A stretch of 64,000 nt of DNA, from assembly GCA_965655095.1 (NCBI GenBank), contig OZ296650.1, forward strand, positions 48,856,001 through 48,920,000, in the 5' to 3' direction. This DNA comes from Haplodiscus bocki. Taxonomy: Eukaryota. Below, one piece after another: positions 37,828 through 50,713 of the stretch. Numbering within the stretch: position 1 is the first letter of the stretch; every line of letters begins with the position of its first letter. The notes under the pieces were generated by a model that did no database searches, was not told the DNA's origin, and saw nothing but the letters and a program-made list of their open reading frames with translations. A program made the translations under genes and the position numbers.

Positions 37828-38027
37828 NNNNNNNNNNNNNNNNNNNNNNNNNNNNNNNNNNNNNNNNNNNNNNNNNNNNNNNNNNNNNNNNNNNNNNNNN
37901 NNNNNNNNNNNNNNNNNNNNNNNNNNNNNNNNNNNNNNNNNNNNNNNNNNNNNNNNNNNNNNNNNNNNNNNNNNNNNNNNNNNNNNNNNNNNNNNNNNNN
38001 NNNNNNNNNNNNNNNNNNNNNNNNNNN
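37828..38027. other. Assembly gap (200 N)
   Basis: Run of exactly 200 N, probably a fixed-size scaffolding gap. Confidence 0.99.
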
Positions 38028-40845
38028 ATTCTGTGTGCCTATGGTGTAAAATTTCTTTACTGTACACCGTTGTCTAACCACCGAAAGTACAACATGTTTA
38101 CGTTTTCGAAACTTCTCGTCAAGTGTTCAAGCGGCCTAAATTTGCCAGGATCAAAATGTAGGTTCCCTTTTGTGTACAGACCCGCAGGTATCGCTTGACA
38201 CAAAAAGCATGGATTAACATGAATAGGATCAATCCTAACATTGGTTTTGCACTAGCTCGTTAAATCTTAAAAAAAGCCCTGTCCACAACAGCTTTCTTTA
38301 TAAACACAATGGTTGATTCATTAACCCTGGCTTCGCGTTTGTCTTCAATCATATCCTTGTTGTGCTACGTGGAGGAATAAAACTTTGCATTAGTAGCCTC
38401 GTGAAGACAATTCATTCTAATTTTTGACAGTGTACATTGAAACTTTAACAAGATATATCCTCCTATTCTGGAGAAAACCAACACTTTTTCGCAGAAACTC
38501 TATCTTTAGAACAACCTCTTTGCTGTTGTACTCGCGCAAAAAGTCTTTGAAGCTACAAATGTTTTCTTGATCCCACATTTTTATCAAGTATCGACAGTTT
38601 TCTTGTCCATTTGAAGGCATTTGACTCTTTTTCAGTTTAAACAACGCCTGTTTAGAAGCCGAAACTGCATCAACTAAACTATGGGTGCCTGAATAGTCCG
38701 TTTCAAGGGATTGTTGATGCGGACCTTGCTGAAAAGGGCTTAATTAGGAGAAGATTGTGCATTATGCAACACTTCTGGATTATTGAACCATTCAAGAAGA
38801 ATATAACATTTCGTCTTCGACATCTTGTAGAATTTCAGAAAAAAATCAAGATTTGTGGCACCTCCGAAAAAGTTCAATGCAGCTAGCAACTGGCCATCTC
38901 CAAGCTTGAAATGCAAAATTGATTAGCGTTCGTAAATACTATTGGTTCCATGCGCCTTTGATCATGAGGAGAGGTGGCAAAAAACTGCAATTGAAAAAAT
39001 GTCTTTTGCGCTGTTGAGGCCGACGGCAGAAAGAACGTTGCATTATCTTTCCAATTGATCCTGCAAATCTACAAGTTGGTTCTACTGTGTTTGTAAAAAG
39101 TATGTCGATAAATTTGGTTGATCTTCTTCGAGACACTTCTCTACAATTACAACTACTGGTACATTTTGACTGCAACTATGATTAGGACCTGAGAAAAATT
39201 GTTTGATTTTGCCCTTTACAATGGTCTCTGCGTCCTGAAACATCGTTTTCATCGAAGGTTTGCTCAGTGTTGCTAACCAGTTAAGCATCAGTCACCGATA
39301 CAAACAAATCCTTTGAATTTGATTCGCATGAAAATTGTGGGTTTTCAAAAAAGTTGAACGACATTGATACAGCTATTAGCATGTACTTACCGACCATGGT
39401 GGTGGTATCCGTATCATACATTTCGCTTCCATGCACACAAACTGATTCAAAATCAATCATTTCCATTTCTTTGAAGAACTTTTGACATCCGTGTAAGGCG
39501 TACCTAAGGACTCTATATTTTCAAACCGTGTTTCTTACAATTGATACACTTTCTTTGCCAGAACATGACTAACTATTTCGTTGCAAGGTGTCCTATGTTG
39601 CTCCAGGCTCGGAGATACTTGGATGAAATGATCACACGGTGGACAAGGACAGGGCCCGATGGGAGCGTTGCTATTAGGGACAAGTGAACTGTGGATGTTG
39701 TACTGTAATGGCGGTGTATTTTTAGAAAAGTTACCTATACTTCTCTTTGCAACCTCGCCAATGATAAATCCGCCCACAAAATGTCAATCTTGTAGAGGAG
39801 GGTATCTGCTTGAACAAAATCTTCCACTGTTGCAATATCTTCCATGAAAACACCCCGAAAGTTTGCAGAATCAAACCCACTAAGCTTTTCCGGGAAAAGA
39901 TTGCATAAAACGGACGCTTCCTCCCCGAGTCTTTCATTTCCATGCAGATGAAACGCTAGAGCTCTAGGGAGACATCAAATGTCATTGAATGTTTCTGAAT
40001 AATCTTTTGACAGGTTAGGCGTTTGACGGAACGATTGTTCATTAGCGGAGTTGGCAAAACAATGTCTTCACAACCCATGGGAAATTACTTCGGGAATGCA
40101 GCAAGGAAAGAAACATCCGTCAACTTGTAGATTTTCTGCATTGTATTTCCTCGTTTTATTGTGCATGGTTCCGTGAAAATAGCGTCACCTATTAGAGTTT
40201 TGATTGATCCCACTTCTTTCCTAGCAGCAACAAGTAAAGATCGTCCCGACAATGTATTATCTTCGTCTGGATAAAAATATAGAAAACTCCCGTGTTCTTC
40301 GTTTTTGAGCACAAACTCGAATGCTACATTCTGCTGAACTGCACATTTAAGACTGTCAAAATGGAAACCTAACTTTAACATCAGACATTTGCGGTCCAGA
40401 GTGTCCATTGCAAAGTTAAAGGCCCTGTGTCTCCTCTCCCGTTCTCCATCTCACTGTCCACCAAGAACTGCTTGCACATTTCTAGATTTTCTTTTAGGCT
40501 TTTGTCAGCAACGTTTCCCATTACTTGTGCAACAACAACATTCTTAGGTCCTAATGTCCTATGTGCTCCATGTTTCTTCCGCCCGTGTGCTCGCAATAAA
40601 AAAAAGCTGTGGAAATTTCTATCACAAGTTTTACGTATATGGAAGTTCTTGCAGAGAGTTTATTGGCAATGTGATTTTTCACTTCAGCGCGGGATTTTGC
40701 TGAAAAGTTAGTGAAAAATGGACATTTACGGTTTGCAGTAGAACATGTCTCTCTGTGTCGTACAAGGTTCCTTTTTGTAGTGTGTGTCCCACAGTTTTCA
40801 CCAGAAACAAGTGACTCCTTCTTTGCGAAGGAGACCAAGCATTTC
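38028..40845 (-). pseudogene. Protein-primed family B DNA polymerase (N-terminal Zn fingers, exonuclease, up to motif A), truncated by the gap
   Basis: ENCGTHTTKRNLVRH; NVAFEFVLKNEEHGSFLYFY; IDFESVCV (Exo I); MWDQENICSFKDFLREYNSKEVV (YNxxDV Exo III); STIVFIRKAVVD; degenerate motif A IDPIHVNPCFLCQAIPAGLY near 38170-38230. Confidence 0.85.
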
Positions 40846-43800
40846 AAGATCCAAAGCTAAGAAGAATAATGTGGAAGAGTCGTAGCAGCTGCAGCATTTG
40901 GCTGTAGCAACGCAAAAAGAATAATTGGGAGAATGTGTAGCAAGTGTCACTGATCGTTGTACTTTACATGGAAAGACCATAAAAAAAGAACAATCATAAA
41001 AAGAAATACGGACCATAAAAGCAGCTGCGAATCAGTTTCTTTCATCTTAGAATCCGCCTCAATTTATAGAGTTTTAAGAACATCGAAGCAGCAGCTTGTC
41101 TGTGAAAACGTTCCAGGTAGAGCAACATGCCCTGATGAGGAAACAACTTGCTTGAGATAGTTACTTTGTTTATCACTTTTAATTCTTTCATCGTTACTGT
41201 CTACCAAACAAAATTCATGAAGAAACGAAGAATGAAATTTGCGCAGACTTTTTAGCGTAGCGGTCAAAAAGTTGATGGCTTCACTTTTTTTGGAATTCCT
41301 GTTGTAAGTTCTTCCAGTGACCTTGTTGACCTATTGAGCTTTCAACCACAATGCCACACTCTCTAAGTTTCTTGCCGACACATTAATTAAAAACTCTGGT
41401 TGTAATAAGAGCAATGCAATCGCTGAAAACCAAAAGTCCCCAAACAATCCGCATCCGTTATACTGCTAAACCACCGATGAAAAGATTTTGCAGAGATAAC
41501 TGACTAAAAGCAGTTGATGTTTATCATGAAGCAAATTCCTAGTTTGTGCGAAGTCTATTCCTTATACAAAAAAAGCAGAGGTGTTTTTCGTACTGAACCG
41601 ACGTAGATAGTTACTTTCACCAAAGTATTTTTGACAAGTCCTAGTGCCAGCATCAAATAGTTCAAGTAAGCAAAGGCTCCAAAAAAAGACTTTTGGTTCC
41701 AATTTGTTTCAGTTTTGCCATTTGTAGGCACGGCAGCCCTATATGCTCTAAGGTGAAATGAACAATTCCAAAAAAACCTTCGTTCTTTGGTCGACTGTTT
41801 GCGCAAAACTCTAAAGTTATTTGACCAAGGTAGCAAGTGCTTCGAAAATCCATCAACGCAATTCAATTTGAGATTGGATTTAGAAAATCAAAAGAAAAAC
41901 TTTTAGCTCAATATTAAATAGATATCTTTGAACAAACAAATAGACGTTTCCGTTTATATTCCAATTTGAAAAGACCAGTTCTTGCATCTTGTCCATCCGA
42001 AAGCTTGAACTACACGGCAATCCATTTTTACTTACAGAAACAATCATACTTAACCGTCGCGAAATCCACAATCCCTAATGGAACAAATATTGCGTTGCAG
42101 GCAGGTACGAGGTGAATGAGAGCAGTTACGATGCGTAGCATATTCAGCCCTGAAGGTCAGTGTGACAAAATCATTGTAAACTTTGATAGGACAGTAAAAT
42201 GTCTAAACAAATTGTGTTTGGGTGAGCTTCGGGCACAAAAAGCTTTTTCAATCTCTCCAGAGAAGTGATCAACAGTGTTCACAATGTGAATCCATGTAAC
42301 AAGTCAACATTTTTCCTGGTGATTGGGACATATTGTGACGGGAGAAATGGATTTGCCAAAAACGACGAGTCGTGACCACGAAGAAGAAAAACCATCAATT
42401 TTTTCGAAGAAATCATCCGCGAACCACAATCAGCCAAGCCCGATAATATGCCGAAAAAAACTCAAAAAAATTTTCATTTATCGCAGAGTCGTGTCAACTT
42501 CCCATTGGCTGACACAATTAACCAAAAACTGATTTGCAGTCCCGTCTATAAACTTTCAGTCAACAGTAAAGCAAGATGTGTTTTTTCAGTCTCCAACGAT
42601 GGAATCCGATGAACTGTCAATTTTGGTCCAGGCTGCGTAACTCTGACTTTAAAAGACCTCCTCCATGACAAGACACGAACATCCCGGGAAAATCTTCAAT
42701 CTTCTGTCAGCTTGAAACTTGTTGTTGTCCCAAGGAGAAGACATTTTGAACAACCATTTAGCGGAAGTTCTAACTACCTTCAACTAGCAAGGGATTATGG
42801 AGATGTGGGATGGAATTTTCTCAAGCATCTGTGAAAAAAAAACACGGACACGAGCGGGTATCAGGAGTCTGATCGGGAAGACGCGTTGAGTTTCAATGGC
42901 AAGATATTGACTCAAAGATGGATGCAGTCTTCCGACAAGGCATAGACACTCTCTGTTTTCCAACATTTTTCAACGACTTTGAGATGGGTTCAATGTCCTA
43001 AAACCCCATGCTCATTGACAAAGATCCAGACATGGAGACCTCTTTATCTCCAATAACTCCACTCTCTGAGAGAACAAACTCGTCAAACTGTTCTCATGAA
43101 AGATCCCTCCTTTGGAGCAAGAAATGAAAATGTTCTTGATTTGTTTGATTATTTTGTAGTATTTTTATTACTCTGTATGTCTTTTGACAAAAAAAGAAAT
43201 GGATTCATTTTCTCACAAAGTTTCTCAAAAACAAGTCACTCATATAAGAGACAAAAACAGTTCTCTTGTTGCTATCAATAAATCTAAGAGTACCAGCTTG
43301 ATTTGCATACATTATCTTCGTAAAGCGAAAAAAGTGGGACACCAGAGCGAAATCGGAAATCAAAACCCATGTGAAACTGAGCAAGAGGACTATTGTTTGA
43401 ACGGCGAAAGCTAAAATATAGTTGACGAAGAACTTATGGGCTGTATTTTCTCATGGTGGTATGGACAAATGCGTTGTGAAAATGCAAGTGGTGGAGCTAG
43501 GTTAGATTTCGATACTAGAAGTGTTCAAGTTTTCTATAACAATTTCTCAGACGTCGCAAAAGTTTGTTTCCAAATCTGAGACGTAAATTTCTGTAAATCA
43601 AAACCAAACTTTTTAGGACTGCACGAAAAAAGCAAAATATGTCGTTTATTGTGGAGCAAAATGACGGAATGCCTGATTTTTCGAAATCAATCTCATTTTC
43701 AAAATCAGACAGTTTCTAAGACTTTTTTTTGAAAAACTTACAGGTTGCAACTTTTTCAATCCAGAAACCAAAGCGTTGTGAATATCTTGATTTGAAATCT

Positions 43801-44929
43801 GACGCGTTGTAAAATTATTTGTTCAAAGTCCGATTGTTAGTTCGTTTTCAGGTAAAAGTATTAACACGCCCACTTTACAAGTTACAAGAACAATGCCAGG
43901 AGTGTTCATTACTTACTTCTGTTAATCGGTACACTGTGTTCATTTGTTGGTTTCTTTTCTGCTATGGCCGTGATTCTGGTTGTGATGGGTTTTTAGTTTG
44001 CACTAACGAATGACAGTTACAGGTCTCTCTGCGAATCAAAAAAAAGTTAGTTTAAAAAAATTTTAAAATTACTAAATTACAAGCATAAATAATATAACCA
44101 TCCGGAAGCGAATCTACAGATTTTATCAGTTCTAGTTCGAATTTAGTCTTTGCAACTTCTTTAACTCTTTCTGCAAAGACTGATCCAATTGTTTGTGTTG
44201 ATTTTTGCTTCAGAAAAGATCGCAGTAAAGATTTTGTTTACTTCCTTCTCAAAAGTGTTTTTTCATTATGTTGGGCTTTCTGTCCACGCCTTCGTTTCCG
44301 TGATTAAACTAAACTGCTCTTTGATTAAAATCGAACCTTTGCACGCTGATACCAAAAAAACTGTCACTGAATCGATACTTGAAGAGTGCATAGAGACAGT
44401 TCACGTGTTGATATGTGAAGCACGATAAATTCAGTTTCTGTGTCTCCTCAATGTCAGTTACTAGTAAAAATTGATATCTGCGATTGGTTAAAAAGCACAA
44501 GTCATCATCGTTGCGCAATGCAGTAACCTTTGCCCAGAAAACACGTCTCGAAGGTCTCTGCAGAAAACAAAAGTCTGTCTTTCAAACAGTTTCCAAAAAG
44601 GCTGGAAATCATTGTACCCATACAGCTGCCATCTGATTGTTTAATCTTCTTTTGAGAAATGAATCTGAAAAAACAATATTTCTCTAGTTTTTTGTAAGAA
44701 CCTATATAAAAAACTAAGGAGGTTCCATATAAGCAAACATCCCGTGACAATGGCCAAGAAACGAAAGGATCTCCTGATATAGAAAAGTCGCGCCAGAAAA
44801 TTCAAAAAAAGGAAAAACTCTGTTTGGAGATATCACGTGACGATGACCGAAAAAGAAGCGTATAGAAGCAACAAATTGCAGCCCCAAAAAGTTTCTTCAA
44901 CCATCATTCTCAAAAAAATCTCTCATTTC

Positions 44930-45525
44930 CATTGTAATACCTCTACAACTGAAACTCATTGCCTAAAACACTACTGATTCATTGTCCACGCTAGTTTTAC
45001 CAATCAGATGGACATTGGAAACTTTCAAGACACTTTTGGAGATTTTTCATGGTCGACTGCATCGACGTGGTTGTAAAACTCAAGTTTTTCTAAATTATGA
45101 CAAAAAAATTTTCCTAAGGCTTAAAAAATGCAACAATGGGAGAAGCAGAGTTCAATTATTTTCAGAAATTAAAAATTGAGCTAATTGATGCAGCAAAAAA
45201 CTTTGTAAGAGGGGAAAACTTGTCTGCAATACAGGTTCCAAAAGTATCCAATGACAAATCAGAACAATTAAAAATTGTTCCGTGTGGAGCGAGCAAAGAG
45301 CGAAGTTTTGTGCGACCCTGTTGCAGTACAATGTGGACAACCTAGAGAATTCATATGTTCAAATCCAATTATTTGCAAGGAAAACGGAGTACGACACATT
45401 TCAACAAATTGTCTATAAGAAATTTAAAAAAGCTTGAAGAAATTTTCTATTTATTTGACGTAACGATTCCTTTCCGTACATGATAAACCTAATAATAAAA
45501 AACCCGTTTGTAATGTCCTTTAAAA
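44930..45525 (+). pseudogene. Maverick accessory ORF relic, possibly a PC4-like ssDNA-binding protein
   Basis: Fragments MGEAEFNYFQKLKIELIDAAKNFVRGENL and SYVQIQLFARKTE...IVYKKFK..EEIFYLFDV resemble PC4-type beta-beta-beta-helix units. Inference only. Confidence 0.4.
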
Positions 45526-46414
45526 TTAGCTGAGTCATTTCACTGTTTTCCAGTTTTTTTTTCGGGTCAGAATGAGATGCCACATTGGATATAAAGGAAA
45601 CCTCTTCCTCAATATAGTATCAAAAATGGGACTTCATTTTGTTACTCTGGCAACTCCGAAAACTCTTCTCTAAAAAATTACACTAACTGTAACTGAAATG
45701 CAACGAGTACCAGAAAATTAAGAAACTAATCCCAAAAGAGAAGTTTCTAGCCTTGAATGGACAGTATATAGAGGTGAAGGAAATGTATGTGTAAACATCA
45801 GGGCTGTCACAGACAAGTTGAATATTTTCGTGAACCATTGCCGAGCCAATATATTCCTCAAATTGAAAAAAATGACCTAAAATTAACAAACTACTAGACG
45901 CTCCTGTCAAAATGATTCAATCTATTGATTTACTTTGATTTTTGTCAAGCGGTGTTTTGAACTGGATGATTCAACAGTTCAAAAATGAACCAAATTTCGT
46001 CAGGAATGAATGTTTTCATGGTAATGGTCTTTTTCTGAATAAACTCGGTTTCGAAATACTTCTTCGGACAGAATAGTGCTCGAAAAAACCTTTCTTTAAG
46101 TGCAGGCAGCTGTTGAGATGATAGGTTTTTTTTACGTGACATGGACCAAACGTTTAAATGCAGTGGAATCATTGGTTCTGGTGGCTCATTCTTGGAGTTC
46201 GTCTTTTGTCTGTTTAGACTATTCAGACTACATGCAATACTACACGATACAGCTTGAGCAATGTGGTTGCGGAGTGGTAGAGGACTTGCCTAATGACACA
46301 TTCCTGCACGAGGACAAAATTCTTGTTTGCTTAATCACGTGACTGGATTACTCTTTTGTTTTCACGTGAAGCTCTATTTGCTTTCCATAAACACCTGTCA
46401 ACTTTTGAAGCATT

Positions 46415-46870
46415 ATGTCTTGCATTGTAATAGGCCTTGAGTTTACATATACAAACGTTACTGAAGAACTGAGATTTTTTCGATGGGAATGTTTAGAAAA
46501 ACTCAATTCGTCCGCATGAAAGGTATAAACCTACAAAACAAGGAGTTTAGTGTACAAGACACTTGCACGGAAATGTGTGGGACAGTAAAGTTTTTGAGAA
46601 GTTTGATCTACCAAACATTCCTCCCCGAATGTATCGGTTGAATACTTTGCAAAAGGGACAAAAAAGATGCAGAATGTTGCGCTATTTAGAGGGTAAAATT
46701 TGGAGATCTTGGATGATCATGGCTGTCCTAAACCACAAAGTTTATAGATCACAAAGTATATGAAGAAAAGTGGACTTACACCAGCGTCCATTCGTACTCA
46801 GGACTACTTTTCATTAAGTAGAGCAAAAGGCAAAAATGTCTGATAACTAGAATTTTCTGTATAAGGAGTT
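46415..46870 (+). pseudogene. Maverick accessory ORF relic, possibly a DEDD/RNase-H-like exonuclease
   Basis: CIVIGLEFTYTNVTEEL...YKPTKQGV*CTRHLHGNVWDS resembles the hhDhE...hKEL...HGhxW small exonuclease family. Confidence 0.5.
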
Positions 46871-47255
46871 TCTCTTTTTGTCTTCTTTTATGTATTGTTT
46901 GTGCCTTCGTGATAAAATCTCTTCAAGGGAAGGAAACACTTCCAAAATTAAATCTTGAGAAAATGGGCGTAGAAGCTAGATGATTGAACAAGAAGTAATA
47001 ATATTCTATTTGAAAGTGTTTTTGACAACAACAATCAAGAGAAAAAATCGTAGTCCTTTTTGAGACAAACCTGTTGCAGACCTCTGATTGTCTTTTTGGC
47101 GCAACTTTTTGTCATTTCGTTGTTTATCTATGCTTGCTTTTTGGAAAATCTGCATTTCGAAATCTTGTGACAAATCAACTGTCTTGTTGGGATTTTTATG
47201 CAGTGCAACAGGGTAAATTTTATCCTCACAGAGACTATGAAAAAGTGAATTTCTT

Positions 47256-47830
47256 CCAAAAACTGCGTCTTTACATAATTGATTGGTCCTTTCGAGGCGG
47301 GAAAGTTACAAACTCAACACAAATGGCCCGAAATTGGATTTTTGTTTGACAAAAATTGCCAAAATTGACTTTTTTAATAAATACTCCCTACCACTTTACG
47401 ATGCCAGACAGAGAAAGATTGAAGATCTCGAGTTTGTTCAAAGTGCCAACTTCCAATTTTGTATATTCGTTAAAACCCAACGGTACAAAGTACTTCCAAA
47501 TCTTTCAACAATCTTGTGAAGATATTTGCAGCTCAACAATCCTTGTTCATGTTGCAACTGCTGGAAGTGATCGTGGATTGAGTACTGTTTACATTGGGCA
47601 CCACTGGTTTCATCAAACCAAACTTGGGAAAGTCGTTGAGCTCCAAAACACACACAAGGTTAACTTCATATCTCCTCCTGATGTGGTGCAAGTCAATACG
47701 CTTAGTCCACACCTGGGGCTCGATCAGAACTGATTGACTGGCATCAAGACGCAACGCATGTTCACTACAAGCATATGTTACACAACTTCTCGCCACGGTC
47801 GCTTCCCTCATACTTTTATTAACCCGGACC
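47256..47830 (+). pseudogene. A32/FtsK-HerA-like DNA packaging ATPase
   Basis: Walker A relic LIGPFEAGKL, Walker B region KYFQIFQQSCE, ATAGSDRGLSTVYIGHHWFHQ (GRH motif), ELQNTH..F.SP.D. Confidence 0.85.
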
Positions 47831-48569
47831 TTTTGAAACATTTTAACACTTTGGTCGCTGAACAGACAAAATTTTTTACATTCCAGGTGTTTCAATCATT
47901 TTCCCGCAAACGAGAAAGTCTTTTTCTTCAGTCTTGCTTAGAAGAGTTCATCAGGTTCCTCTGCGAAGGCATAGTAAACCTGCTCAATGGAACCTTCAAA
48001 GCATAAAAAGACATCACGTGACAAATTGTTTAACCAAATTCAGCTGCTTGCTTCCAAAAGAACAACTTGGAAGGAGGGAAGAGACATTATGGCATCCCAA
48101 AAAAGTTACACCTCACAATAGTTTTTACTCCTTCCCTCATAAAACATTTGTGTTTACATTGAACAGTGTGGTCTCGTTCGCGCTTTTGTGTTGAGTAAGA
48201 GTTTGAATACCCAAACAATTGCAAAGCAGGAAATTCCAAAGTATCAACCCTTACAAAAACCCACGTACCAAATTGATTCACTTAAGTAGGAGATAAGCAA
48301 AATATTAATTGCCGAAGCAGATTTGTAGTAGACAAAAGTTTGCCTTGTCCACGTATCAAGCTGTCAAATTCACAAATTTTAATTTGGGATGGTGTAGAAA
48401 CGGAACTTTTACGCACCGTTTTTGCCCATTACCTGAGTCGCAAAAATGCAGACGTTCCAGACCTTTACTTTACTTTACCTGATGCCGTTGGTTTTTCTCC
48501 AACTCCGTTTCTGAATCAGAATGGCAAACATAAAGAGGAAGAAAGCTGGGTCTCTTTTCAAAATCTGAA

Positions 48570-49455
48570 CGGGTGGAAGCTACAAAACCTATACACACAG
48601 GGCGGTGTTGCTTATGGGTCTCCGCGCAACTTAGATAAAGCTAGCAATCTGCCAGTAACAAAGATGAAACAAACTTTGCTATCAAAACATTCTCCTACAA
48701 AAATTCAGTCTTGCCAGACGTAAGTTCAAGAGCCTGAAGGCTTTTGCTAGAATCAAAAATGAAAATTGGTGTTTGGACTCGGTACAAGTTGCTAAACTAG
48801 ACAAAGACAATAACTGAGTAAAGCAACTTGTCGTTCCTCAACACCTGTTTTTGATAGAACCGTAGATGCAAAAAGAAAAAATTTAAGAGACCCCAAATAA
48901 ACGGTTGGTGCATTTTTGGCTATGATTACAAAGAAGAACCGACCCAAGAAAAGTTGGGTTAACAATGGAACAGAAGTTGCTGGAGAGTTTGAAAACTTTG
49001 GAAAATTGAAGGAGCACTAGTTTACTCTACAATTAGTGATTCCAAAGCTGCATTTGCTGAACGTACAATACGATCCCTGAAAAATATAGTTTACCGTTAC
49101 ATCGAAGATTTTGATTACAAATACATTCAGAAATTGACTCAATTCGTTACAACACGGAATTTTACAAGTGATTATTCGATAGACTTGATACCAACAAATG
49201 TAAGGAACTCTGATCTTTCGTCTATTCTGCACAGCAAGCTACGTTAGTACTATAGAAAACGCAAGTTGAGGATTTGATACAGATTTCGCATCTCAAAGTA
49301 TCATTTTCCCATCAAAAAGGGCCACACAGCAGAAGCTACACAGGAAATTTTTGAAATTGTTGCCTTTTCTTCCAGAAAAACCCCAACATAAGTAATGGAG
49401 GACGGAGAGGATGAGATTATCCGTGGTGAATGTTATCAAAAAAGTGATAGAAGTC
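48570..49455 (+). pseudogene. Maverick retroviral-like (DDE) integrase
   Basis: LYTQGGVAYGSPRNL; WCLD; RPKKSWVNNGTEVAGEF; SKAAFAERTIRSLKNIVYRY; FRISK...KKG...QEIFEI; EDEIIRGECYQK. Confidence 0.88.
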
Positions 49456-49463
49456 AAATATAT

Positions 49464-50285
49464 TTGGAATCGATTACAAAACAGATAGTTTCTACTGCAT
49501 CTGCAGAACGTCTTCTAAACAAATTACTCCGCTTTTTTTTTCCAATTTTCACCGGATCTACTCATTCTGAAGACTCAATGAGATGTTGCAGTTTCGGGAA
49601 TATGCTAAACATCAAAAGATCAAAATAATAAAGAGCGGAAGTACTTGTTTTTTTGATGAAAAACGTTGACAATCGTAAAAGTTTGTTCATCTGGAACCCG
49701 GTGTTTACCCTTCTAATACGGATTTTGCTGAAACCATGATCACTTTCATAAAAGAAAAACCCAATCGCAGTGGAAGTTGTATCGTAGTCAAAGTCTTTCG
49801 AAGAACGCAAAGCGGTTAGATTTTTCCTGCAAAGGAAGGATTCAACGAAATGGTCTTCCATTCCTTGAAACTGTTTGGAACACGAAATTAGAAGTGATCT
49901 TGGAAATCAATTTGTGGTGATACTGAGAGGAAAAGTACTTCAAATAGCCAGAATTTGCTCACGACCTTCTCCGCATACACTCTCTCCTGACATATACAGA
50001 ACTGACTGAGTACAATGATCATGGCGAACCAAAAAATCTATTGTCGCGTTGCTTTCCTTCTGTTTTCAGGTTGAATGTTGGCGACAGTTTAACCGCTGGA
50101 AACTACATGAACTTTCAAACATTTAGTCACCTACAACTCTGGCTACTGTTGAAAATCTTTTTTCATAAGTTTCAAATTGATTCGAGAGACACGATAAACT
50201 TGCGACAGTGAAAAAGTATCCTTTGTATCTGTCGGTATCAATCGTCATAATTCATTGTTTAGGAAAGCCTCCAAACTTCCTTTAG
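49464..50285 (+). pseudogene. Minor capsid protein (penton-like)
   Basis: ESITKQIVSTASAERLLN..; LEPGVYPSNTD; HSLLTYTELTEYNDHGEPKNLLSRCFP; FQIDSRDT. Matches the Polinton minor-capsid pattern (L.SNAS...FPxN; YxDxxExxxxGDxxxPLLR). Confidence 0.7.
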
Positions 50286-50304
50286 AGCGAAAAGACACAA
50301 CAAA

Positions 50305-50685
50305 GTGATTGCTCCGAGGCAAGAAGAGATTCCATTTCATGGAGGTAGTGATTGACAGCGTGGAAGAGGATTCAATTCAATTGCACAACTTGTTGGGCGA
50401 AACGCAATTCGATTTCTCCATAAATGTAACGTCTCAGCTGCATAACGTGTGGGGTTTACTTGTTCGTTTTTTTGCCAGAAGTATTTGAGGTTTTAGTTGT
50501 AGGGAAAATTTTGAGACAGCAGCAAAGAGTGCGAGAAGACAACCTGTGATAAAAACTTTAGGTAGTGGTAGCAAGAAAACGAATGGAACCATAAGCGCAC
50601 GACTGGCCAGCAGAGTTGTTCCAAAAACACTGGGAAAAAACTAACCCCTCGCAAAGAGTCAATTTTACAAACATTAGTCACTAAT
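50305..50685 (+). pseudogene. Small basic/amphipathic virion core-like ORF
   Basis: VIAPRQEEIPFHGGSD*QRGRGFNSIAQLVGRNAIRFLHK... has a QxGxG site like adenain substrates and lies between the minor and major capsid genes. Confidence 0.55.
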
Positions 50686-50713
50686 CATTTGTATTGATTT
50701 TTGGTACCGACAT

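Noticed and set aside
37717-38198. ORFs spanning the N run, and an apparent LINE-Maverick fusion
   Set aside because: Artefacts of the 200-N gap. The true distance and junction are unknown.
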